Source: Qingrenia yutianensis (GTDB taxonomy: Bacteria > Bacillota > Clostridia > UMGS1810). Taken from it: a DNA stretch of 64,000 bases. The translations under genes were made by a program, and so were the position numbers. The notes beneath the pieces were generated by a model that saw only the letters and a program-made list of their open reading frames with translations, made no database searches and had not been told where the DNA came from. Below, piece after piece: positions 29,584 through 38,400 of this stretch (position 1 is the first letter of the stretch; every line of letters starts with the position of its first letter). The stretch lies in assembly GCF_014385105.1 (NCBI RefSeq), contig NZ_JACRTE010000003.1, positions 112,358 through 176,357 on the forward strand, read 5' to 3'.

Positions 29584-30768
29584 GTGAAAAAACTATCGTT
29601 ATTGCTTGCAGCACTGCTGATCTTAAGCAGCACTGTTGTCAGTGCGGAATGGGAAACATTCAAATCGGCAGACGGTATGTATGAATACACAAAGGATGGA
29701 GTAATTACCGCTTATTACGGTGATGAATTTGCCTTTTTCCCGGCAGAAATAGACGGAACAATAATCAATGAAATCGGTGTTATGGCTTGTTTTGACTTAG
29801 GACTTGAAGCCATATCCGTTGCCGAAGGAATTGAATTGATAAACACAAATGCATTTGAAGGCTGCAATACCGAAAGTGCATATATTCCGTCAAGTGTGAA
29901 AAATATCGGTGAGCGCGCTTTTGCCAACTGCGCAAATCTTAATGAGGTTACATTGAATTCAGAGGAAATAACGTTTGATTTTGATGTGTTTGCCGGAACC
30001 GGATTTATACAGTTTTATATCCCGTGCACGGCAGATGAGCATGTGATGTACGAAAAAATATCCGACGCAAAGGGTGACGGGAATTTTAGTTTTTCACTTA
30101 TGCATACTGCGCTTGTTGAGAGTATGACGGAAAAGGATATTTTCGGTGAAAACATGATATACTGCGAGGACTGCGGCTTTAAAGGAAGCAAATATCTGGA
30201 GGATACCTCTCTGCCGTTTGCGGACATATCGCCGGACGCATGGTACTATTCTTATGTGCAGACGGCGTACAGCTTCGGCATCATAAACGGGAAAAACAAA
30301 AGGGAATTTGACCCGAATGCAGGGCTTACCTGCGCGGAGGCAGCCAAAATTGCCGCGGTAATTCACAATAAAAGCCAATACGAAAGAGAGGAAGTTGAAT
30401 TCCAAATGACCGGTGAAAACTGGTATGATGTTTATGTGGATTATTGCTATGACAATGCAATACTTGAAGATTATATTATCTTCGATTGGGAGGAAAACGC
30501 AACGCGTGCACAGATGGCATATCTGTTTTCGCGGTGCGACACCAATCCGTATTATATAAACGATGTTCCGATAACCGATATTCCGGACGTTTATGACACA
30601 ACGCCCTTCGCATATGAAATTTTAGACCTTTATAATAAAGGAATTGCGGTGGGAAGCGATGAATACATGGCGTTCTATCCGGATTCACATGTAAAACGCA
30701 GTGAAGCGGCGGCTCTTATTTCGAGAATTCTTTGCTACGATATGCGGATTGAATTGCCGAAAGGGTGA
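29584..30768 (+). CDS. secreted BspA-type leucine-rich-repeat protein with C-terminal SLH domains
   Basis: Signal peptide (GTG start at 29584 after GGGAGG); LRR_5-like 'INTNAFEGCNTESAYIPSSVKNIGERAFANCANLNEVTL'; SLH-like 'FADISPDAWYYSYVQTAYSFGIINGKNKREFDP'. Confidence 0.7.
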   Translation: MKKLSLLLAALLILSSTVVSAEWETFKSADGMYEYTKDGVITAYYGDEFAFFPAEIDGTIINEIGVMACFDLGLEAISVAEGIELINTNAFEGCNTESAYIPSSVKNIGERAFANCANLNEVTLNSEEITFDFDVFAGTGFIQFYIPCTADEHVMYEKISDAKGDGNFSFSLMHTALVESMTEKDIFGENMIYCEDCGFKGSKYLEDTSLPFADISPDAWYYSYVQTAYSFGIINGKNKREFDPNAGLTCAEAAKIAAVIHNKSQYEREEVEFQMTGENWYDVYVDYCYDNAILEDYIIFDWEENATRAQMAYLFSRCDTNPYYINDVPITDIPDVYDTTPFAYEILDLYNKGIAVGSDEYMAFYPDSHVKRSEAAALISRILCYDMRIELPKG

Positions 30769-30782
30769 TTAAGGTGAGGCTG

Positions 30783-31313
30783 ATGAAAGCAATTGCGATA
30801 TTTGCGGTTATTGCCGGTCTTTTCGGATGCAGGGCTCCCGGAGAAAAACCTTTTATATTGGACGGACCGGGCATGGTGTATGTTGACAGTGAGCATCGTA
30901 CAGAATACGCAAATACTCTTCCGTTCGATGAAATCGAGGACTATCCCTATTGGGCGGTCGCATATCTTGGAGAGGGAGAAACCGGCAAAAATACGGCAAA
31001 TGAATATATAGAAAAACTTTTTTCAAAGCTTTCAGAGGAAAAATGCCGGGCAATAAGTCATTATGATTACGGCGGAGAAAAATGGTATCTTGTTATTCCG
31101 CGGTACGGAGATGAGAACGAGCTGATTCAAAACGGCGACAAGAAAAATTTGCAAAAAGCAGATGACGGCACACCGTATATAATAAACTGCGGCGGCGATG
31201 TTGAAATTTATATCGTCATACGCGGCGGACACAAAATCACGCTTGATACGGATGAAAACGACAGGCTGATATGTACCCCTGATATATGGGATATAACAGA
31301 CTATAAAGAATAA
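30783..31313 (+). CDS. hypothetical lipoprotein
   Basis: 'AVIAGLFGCRAP' lipobox-like signal. Start chosen at ATG 30783; the called start 30765 overlaps the upstream stop. Confidence 0.45.
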   Translation: MKAIAIFAVIAGLFGCRAPGEKPFILDGPGMVYVDSEHRTEYANTLPFDEIEDYPYWAVAYLGEGETGKNTANEYIEKLFSKLSEEKCRAISHYDYGGEKWYLVIPRYGDENELIQNGDKKNLQKADDGTPYIINCGGDVEIYIVIRGGHKITLDTDENDRLICTPDIWDITDYKE

Positions 31314-31337
31314 AAATTTTGAGAGGAGAATATAATT

Positions 31338-32663
31338 ATGGGACTTTTAAAGGCGGGCGCAGGCGCTCTTGGCGGTGTTTTGGCTGACCAGTGGAGAGAA
31401 TTTTTCTACTGCGAAAGTTTAGATGCCGACACACTTGTGGCAAAAGGTGAAAAACGAGTGGGAAAAAGAAACTCCAACAAAAAGGGAGACGACAACATTA
31501 TTTCGAACGGTTCTGTCATTTCGGTAAACGAAGGGCAGAGCATGATTATTGTGGAATCCGGAAAGATTGTTGAATTCTGCGCAGAAGCCGGAGAATTTGT
31601 CTACGATAATTCCACAGAGCCGAGTATTTTCTGCGGCAGCTTAGGCGAAAGCATTAAGCAAAGCTTTCAGCAGGTCGGAAAGCGTTTTACTTTCGGCGGC
31701 GAACCGGGCAAGGATCAGAGGGTTTATTATTTCAACACAAAGGAAATTACCGGCAATAAATTCGGCACCTCCTCTCCCGTTCCGTTCAGGGTAACGATAG
31801 ATGAGTCCATGAACTATAAGCTGTCGGTGGATTTAAGGTGTAACGGTGTGTATTCCTATAAAATAGCCGATCCTGTTATGTTTTATACAAACGTAAGCGG
31901 TAATGTGGAATATGTATACAGCCGTTCGGAAATTGACGAAATGTTAAAGAGCGAGCTTCTGGACGCTCTGAGACCGGCATTTGCGCAAATTTCGGCAATG
32001 AAAATAATGTATTCGGAAATACCGGCACATACAAAAGAGGTTACGAAGGCGCTTGCCGAGGAACTTAAAGCCGAGTGGAAGGAAAAACGCGGAATCGAGC
32101 TTTTCGCCGTAAGCATTAACGGTGTATCCATCCCCGAGGACCAGAGAAAGAAGATTACCGAGTGGGAGGAAAACGTTATGACAACCAATCCGAATATTGC
32201 GGCGGCGCGCATTGTCGGCGGGCAGACAGACGCTATGAGAACGGCAGCGGCAAACGAAGGCGGAATGGGTGCAATGGGCGGCTTTTTCGGAATGAATATG
32301 GCGCAGAACGCAGGCGGTATGAATGCGGGCAATCTTTTTGCGATGGGTCAGCAGCAACAGCAGTCTCAGCAGCAGGCACAGCAGCCTCAAGCGGCAGGCT
32401 GGAGCTGTGAATGCGGTCAGACGGGCAATACCGGGAAATTCTGTATGAATTGCGGAAAACCGCAGGCATCGCCCGACGGCTGGACGTGTTCGTGCGGAAC
32501 GGTCAACAAGGGTAGGTTCTGCCAAAACTGCGGGAATCCGAAACCTGCGGGCGCACCGACCTATAAATGCGATAAATGCGGCTGGGAGCCTGAAGATCCC
32601 AAAAATCCGCCGAAATTCTGTCCGGAATGCGGTGACATATTTGATGATAATGATAAACAATAA
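31338..32663 (+). CDS. SPFH-domain protein of the YdjI/COG4260 type with Q/G/M-rich linker and three C-terminal zinc ribbons
   Basis: N-terminus 'GVLADQWREFF', SPFH/band-7-like core, 'MGGFFGMNMAQNAGGMNAGNLFAMGQQQQQSQQQAQQ' linker, then 'CECGQ..CMNCG', 'CSCGT..CQNCG', 'CDKCG..CPECG'. Confidence 0.7.
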   Translation: MGLLKAGAGALGGVLADQWREFFYCESLDADTLVAKGEKRVGKRNSNKKGDDNIISNGSVISVNEGQSMIIVESGKIVEFCAEAGEFVYDNSTEPSIFCGSLGESIKQSFQQVGKRFTFGGEPGKDQRVYYFNTKEITGNKFGTSSPVPFRVTIDESMNYKLSVDLRCNGVYSYKIADPVMFYTNVSGNVEYVYSRSEIDEMLKSELLDALRPAFAQISAMKIMYSEIPAHTKEVTKALAEELKAEWKEKRGIELFAVSINGVSIPEDQRKKITEWEENVMTTNPNIAAARIVGGQTDAMRTAAANEGGMGAMGGFFGMNMAQNAGGMNAGNLFAMGQQQQQSQQQAQQPQAAGWSCECGQTGNTGKFCMNCGKPQASPDGWTCSCGTVNKGRFCQNCGNPKPAGAPTYKCDKCGWEPEDPKNPPKFCPECGDIFDDNDKQ

Positions 32664-32686
32664 AATAATGGGAGGAACTTTATATT

Positions 32687-33859
32687 ATGAAAAAAATATT
32701 AGCGTTAATTTTAGCAGTAGGAATGGTATTTTCGCTCGCTGCGTGCGGCGGTGAAAAAACCGGAAAAGGCACCGAAACAAAGCAGGAAACCAAAAAGATT
32801 GACTACGCAAATATGACAGAGGACGATCTGATAAAAGAGTTTATTAAAGATGAGCAGAATATAACCTTGGATGAATTTATAGACCTTGTTTCTACATATT
32901 CATATGCAACAATCAACAATAAGCTTGAGCTTGATGAAAATATAACAGACAAAGCAATAAAAAAGCTTAAAGAAAATAAAGCAAAGCTGCCGGCGGCAAA
33001 GGAATTTGTTGAGCCTCTTTTAAAAAGTGACGCACCGCAGGTAAGAGGCTATGCTTTTTCAAACATCGCCACATTTTTCGGGGCAAGTGATTCGCATAAA
33101 GCGTCGGCAAAGGAGATTCTGAAAACCGAAAAAGAGCCTTATGTTATTAAATGTGCGGTAAAAGCTCTTGGAAATGAAGGCGGCAAGGATGCAGAAATCG
33201 GCAAATTCCTGCTTGATGCGGCAAAGAATGAAAACGCAGTTGTAAGAAGGCAGGCGGCGGTTGCTCTCGGAAGCACATGGAACAAGACTCTTAACGGAGC
33301 GGTTGATGCAGAGATTGAGCTGATGAAGGATCCGGATAAAGAGGTTCGGAAAGCAGCGTATGAGTATGCCGGTCTCCTCGGTGATGACAGGGTGGTTGCG
33401 CCTATCTCGGAAATGCTGAAAAACGAGGCTGACGCAGACCTTCATTCAAGCGGTGTAAGAGGTCTTGTTTGGCTGTGGTATGATTATCCGTCGCACGAAA
33501 ACACAAGCGAGGCGGCATACAGAGCCACGATAGACTACTTTAAAACCACACCGGGCAGCGACAAAGTTCCCGCATGGGCAGCTGTGACAAGCTTTACAAA
33601 CAAATCCGAGAAGAACTATGACGCATGGAAGGAAAAAGCAACATATTTCAATACAGATGAGCTTTATGAAGTTATGCTCGGACTTGTAAAAAACGAAAAT
33701 TTAGGACGTATGACGCGCGGATATGCCTGCAAACCCGTTGCGGTGCATTGCACAAAAGAGCAGTTTGAAGCGTTTGGCGAGGTTATAAACGCTCTTACCG
33801 ATAAGAATGCGAAATTTATACAGGACGAGTATCAAAATCAGGCAAAAAAGCTTGAATAG
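32687..33859 (+). CDS. HEAT-repeat lipoprotein
   Basis: Lipobox 'LAACGG'. Repeated 'VRxxAaxALG' HEAT-like helices (VRGYAFSNI, VRRQAAVALGS, VRKAAYEYAG). Confidence 0.55.
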   Translation: MKKILALILAVGMVFSLAACGGEKTGKGTETKQETKKIDYANMTEDDLIKEFIKDEQNITLDEFIDLVSTYSYATINNKLELDENITDKAIKKLKENKAKLPAAKEFVEPLLKSDAPQVRGYAFSNIATFFGASDSHKASAKEILKTEKEPYVIKCAVKALGNEGGKDAEIGKFLLDAAKNENAVVRRQAAVALGSTWNKTLNGAVDAEIELMKDPDKEVRKAAYEYAGLLGDDRVVAPISEMLKNEADADLHSSGVRGLVWLWYDYPSHENTSEAAYRATIDYFKTTPGSDKVPAWAAVTSFTNKSEKNYDAWKEKATYFNTDELYEVMLGLVKNENLGRMTRGYACKPVAVHCTKEQFEAFGEVINALTDKNAKFIQDEYQNQAKKLE

Positions 33860-33880
33860 CTGCAGAACGGAGGAATGACT

Positions 33881-34723
33881 ATGAAAAAAATAATCGGCGT
33901 TATACTGATTATAGGAGGCATTTTCTTTGCTTTGCTTGCTGTAAAAGCTCTTGTGTCAGCACCGCAGTCCTACGAGAAAATCAGAGCTGCGGCAACGATT
34001 AAGGACGGCAAGCTTACTCCCGAAAACGAAGGGAAGCTTGTGGTTGTCTCGGGAACGCTTAAACCTGCCGAACAGCTTCAGGATCCCATAACTGGTGTTA
34101 AGCTTCCTGGAGTAACGGCGAAAAGAACCGTTTGGACTTATGAACGGGATACCAACAGCGATGATGAACAGGTGTGGGACTGGAAGCCTGAGAATACCGA
34201 CTACAGCGAAAAGGCAAATTTCGGAATCAATGCCGAAATACTTACAACAACTATGCTTGCCGCGCCTACATTACTCGGTGAGTTTAAGGTGGAGAGCAAC
34301 CTGCTCAATCCGATTATAAGAAACACGGAATTTAAGCAATATGACGAGAAGAGCCTCAATGCGGGCTGGAAGGTGCTTTCGGGCGGAAGAGAAAGCAGCT
34401 ACTGCGTTTCAAAAGAAAATTGGCTGCCGAAAAAATCAACAGGTACATACTCAACGACGGGATATGGAGCTCAAAAAATATCCTACGGTATTGTTTCGCC
34501 CGACGATCCGCTCGAATATACGGTTATCGGCGTACAAAAAGGCGATACCCTGATAAAGAGCGAAGATGTAGATTCTGTTACAACCGTTAAGGGAATTATG
34601 ACGGCGGAAGAATTTGCCGAGGAGAACAAAAAAGGTGTGCGCGGCGGCTCGATTTTCGGTATCGTGGCAGGAATATTGCTTGCAATAATCGGTGTTGGAA
34701 TGATGGCATTCCGGAGGCAGTGA
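33881..34723 (+). CDS. hypothetical membrane protein with N- and C-terminal TM helices flanking a ~220-aa extracytoplasmic domain
   Basis: TM 'IIGVILIIGGIFFALLAV' and TM 'IFGIVAGILLAIIGVGMMAF'. ATG 33881 has GGAGG 7 nt upstream. Confidence 0.5.
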   Translation: MKKIIGVILIIGGIFFALLAVKALVSAPQSYEKIRAAATIKDGKLTPENEGKLVVVSGTLKPAEQLQDPITGVKLPGVTAKRTVWTYERDTNSDDEQVWDWKPENTDYSEKANFGINAEILTTTMLAAPTLLGEFKVESNLLNPIIRNTEFKQYDEKSLNAGWKVLSGGRESSYCVSKENWLPKKSTGTYSTTGYGAQKISYGIVSPDDPLEYTVIGVQKGDTLIKSEDVDSVTTVKGIMTAEEFAEENKKGVRGGSIFGIVAGILLAIIGVGMMAFRRQ

Positions 34724-34725
34724 AA

Positions 34726-35301
34726 ATGAAGACGAATACAAAATTATTCTCCGGAGGCGGAACCTATATTTCAAAAGTGGCAATTGCAAGGCTTACATTA
34801 AAAAAACACATACAAATGATTATAGGCGGATTCTTCACAGCGGTTTTTCTGTTCGGAATTATTTCGGGGGTTACGGGGTATAACGAAGAACTTCGTGATA
34901 ACTTGATTACCAATATAGTCATGCTTGTTCCGTCCGCACTCCTTTTGTTAAACGGCATTAAAAACGGCACAATGGCGGCGCGTGCATATCGCTACAACTC
35001 AATCTTTATGTGCGATATTGACGGCACGGTGACAATTGACGAGCTTGCAAAGCAATCCGGAAAACCGCCGTTCAGGGTGCTTTCCGAGCTTGATAAGCTT
35101 TTTGATAAAGGAGTGTTCTGTGACTGCACTCTGCAAAAGCAGGGATTGCCCTGCGTGATTCTTTCGGGCAGAGAAAACAGTAAAACAAGCTTTGTTAACG
35201 TTGTATGCGAAAAATGCAACGGAACAACAAGGATCCGCGCCGGAAGCTCCGGTAAATGTGAGTATTGCGGAAATGCAATCTCAAGCCGCAATATCGGATA
35301 A
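34726..35301 (+). CDS. membrane protein with C-terminal zinc ribbon
   Basis: Two TM helices, then 'CEKCNG...CEYCGN'. The called start 34720 overlaps the upstream stop by 4 nt. Confidence 0.5.
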   Translation: MKTNTKLFSGGGTYISKVAIARLTLKKHIQMIIGGFFTAVFLFGIISGVTGYNEELRDNLITNIVMLVPSALLLLNGIKNGTMAARAYRYNSIFMCDIDGTVTIDELAKQSGKPPFRVLSELDKLFDKGVFCDCTLQKQGLPCVILSGRENSKTSFVNVVCEKCNGTTRIRAGSSGKCEYCGNAISSRNIG

Positions 35302-35469
35302 ATGCAAAATCCAAAAGAAAGGAGATGCTAAGTTATATCGAAAGATATTAACGCAGACACAGAAATCTGAAGTTCGGATTATACTGTTATGTAATCCGAT
35401 ACATTCCGGCAAATTTTGCAGAGGAATGTAAAATATCACATCAAAAGAATGAAAGGAGGAAACAGCAAA

Positions 35470-38400
35470 ATGAAACGATTGCGAAAAAAACTGGTGACAG
35501 CACGAATTTTGGCATTTGTTACGGCGGTTGCAATGCTTTCGGGTATTGGAATAGCTGCTTCTGAGGGAAATAGCGCTGATTCCATTGATGCGTCTGAGAA
35601 CACTGTTATAAGCGAAACGGCACAAGCGCCGGAATCGCCGACTGCGGCGGAACCGCCTGAACTGCCGACTGCGGCGGAACCGCCTGAACAAACGGCAGAA
35701 GCGGAAACAACAGAAGCGCCTGAGGTGCCGACGGAGTCTGATGTTCCGGAATTTCCGAAAGTGTCTGACATGCCCGAAGCAATGGAGATGCCGGAATTTC
35801 CGGAAGAAGATGAAACGCCGGATGTGTCGGGAAATATTGTTGAATTTGGCTCACTCAACCAAGAAGAAGCGCAGACGCCGATGATGGCGTCGATGGGGGC
35901 AAATTCGGGTGACATGGCTCTTGCAGCGGACGATTATTCTCAGTGGATTAACATCGGAAACCACAAAGCACCCGACGGCACCAATTACAAAGCAGACTCA
36001 AAATTTTGGTATGAGGGCATGGTGCTGTGTTTGGAAAGTGAAAGCGCCGATGCAAAAATCCGGTTGCAGAGCGACATTTCTGTGGAAGAAAATTTCTTTG
36101 AAAACGAAAAAAATAATTGGATAGTCGATGTTAATGTCAAGCGTAACAAGGTTATTGACTTAAACGGCAAAACTATTTATATTAAGCCCTATCAATATGA
36201 TAAGGATAACACTTTTTTCTACGGCAAGAATTTTTCCACCGGTATTGCAAAGCATTATACCATGTTCAATATCGGAAACGGTTCCAAGCTCACCATTGTG
36301 GACAGCAAGGGCGGCGGCAAAATCAGGTGCGACAGTTGGCTGCTTTCCGAAAAAGATATGGACGATGCGGAAACAAGCTGTGTGGATATGTTCAATGTTT
36401 CGTCCGGCGGCGAGCTGTTTATCAACGCCTCCGGTGCAGAGTTTGTTTGCGGCCGCTCGAAAAAGCAGTATCTTTACGCTGCTTCCTGCAACGGTCCCGA
36501 TAATGAATATTGCTATGACGGTTATGCCCGGGGTCAGGTTAACGGCTCTGTGGTCGTAGCAGGCGAAAACAGTAAGGTAACCGTGGTTGGCGGCTCTCTT
36601 TTGGCGAGGGGCTACAGCCTGACACCGAGTACCGGCTGGAAGCCGAGCGGCGGCGCAGAAAGTGTGAAAAAATGTGCCGTTTTCCAGGTGGCAAAGGGTG
36701 CGGAAATCAACATTACGGACGGATATTTTAAAGGCTGCGGCGGCGCTGATGTGTTCCAATATTGGTATAGTGACAAGGACAAAATCAGCGTGAATATCAA
36801 AGCGGGCACATTTGACACCCACAAGGTTGATAAAGTGGTTATCCAAGGTCATCTCTCATCCACCACTGATATACCCAACGCATTCAAGGGGTTATCAAGA
36901 GATAACTATATGCCCGGCAGATATGGTGATGTGAACATCCTGAAGGAATGGGTGAATATGGATGAGGCCGACCTTATCTATGGCGGCGAGGAGCTCACCG
37001 AGGAGGACGGAGACGCAACCGGCAGCAAAAAAACCGTTATAAAACCCAAAACCCAGAGCAAATATTTCAACAGTGATTCGCGGGTTGAAATCGAAAACCA
37101 CACCTCCGACGGTTCTAAGGAGTATAACCCCAACGAAAATATACCGTATTATGTCAGTGCCAAGTATACTCCATATTACTCTTTGAAAGAGGAGGAATGG
37201 CTGGCTTATGACTATCAGAACAGAACCGATCGCACTATCAAGTGGTATTACACTCTTTATAAGAGCCTGGGCGACTCTCCGCTTTCTGCAGAGCTGGAAT
37301 CCACTGCTCCAATCTGTAATCTGAATGATTTGCGAACTAATAAAGGCGACAAAATCACCTATCAGAACGGGCAGATGTATCAGCTCAAAATGCGGGTGGA
37401 GGAAAAATGGGTCGGACACAACACCTACACCAGGTCCTTCGCCGGTACGTATATGTTTTATGTTTCCGACGCACCGGTAGGCGAGGTCACGAAATTTATG
37501 AATTTTGAGGTGAAAACCACAGTCACGGGAACGGGAGAACCGCAGAACTTTGAGTCTTTTCCCGACGCCGCAACAATAAGCAAGCTTCAAGAAATGGGCA
37601 TCAAGGATGACACAGAAAGCAGTTATGATTATCGGTATTATTACCTTGATGAATTCGGTAAAACCGTGTACACCAAGTGGATTGACTACGGCAGCGGAAA
37701 ACCGCCGGAAGCCCGTTGGGCATTTGCGCCGCTTAAGCCCGGTCCCATAGATTTGCGCCTGGGTCTTTTGATTCCCGGCAACGGCGGAGAAGGCAGCTAC
37801 ACGAAGATATATAAAACCGTATTCGCTATGCCTTCTATCAGTGTTTGGCGCGAAGGTTCGGGAGATACAGAATTTGTGACTCCCGACCGCAACGACGTTG
37901 TTTATGCAATAACGGGCATGAACGTCACCTTAAATCCCGGGTTAGAGTTTTTAAATGAGCTTGACTTAAAAGACCCGCAAACAGGGAAAAAGCTAACCGT
38001 TGCCGATGTGGAATGGGAGTTTCGTGAATTGAGCGGGACGGGATATGTGCCTCTTGACGTCGACGTGGATAATAACGGCTGCTGCTCCGTTGATCGCAGC
38101 GGCACCTATCGTGCAAAATTCACCTACGATGGCAGAACATGGTATAGTCCAAACCCGATTTTGCTCTCGGGCAAGAACTATGATAACAACAGAATGCCCT
38201 ATATCACCGGCAAAAACAGTCACACATCCTGGTCAGACCCGCATGTGCTGCAAATTAACCTGAATAAGGATGCCAACTGGTATACCGTAACGGAATATTG
38301 GCTGAAAGCGAAAAGTCATCCATATGGCGCCAGCATCGGCAGCAGCCAAAAAAAGTGTGACAGCAACGGCAGTTTGGATATCAAAAAGTTCTTCAGCGGA

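Noticed and set aside
32340-32400. cagcagcaacagcag… triplet run considered as a microsatellite or element
   Set aside because: It is the in-frame QQQQSQQQAQQ linker of the SPFH protein, analogous to the Q/N/M-rich linker in YdjI. It is coding low complexity, not a mobile repeat.
31944-32660. 238-aa and 149-aa minus-strand ORFs across the SPFH gene
   Set aside because: They are antisense to the YdjI-like gene. Arg/Leu-rich translations arise from the GC- and CAG-rich linker region (poly-Gln coding).
35600-35700. Possible CRISPR-like array, suggested by short direct repeats
   Set aside because: There are only two tandem copies, contiguous with no spacers, in frame within a coding linker. No CRISPR array or cas genes are present anywhere in the window.
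36160-37590. Two long minus-strand ORFs (36160..36852, 36895..37590; ~230 aa each) inside the giant-protein gene
   Set aside because: They lie antisense within a 5.7-kb gene whose plus frame has strong signal-peptide, repeat and dockerin features. Their translations are low-complexity with no motifs, so they are spurious shadow ORFs.
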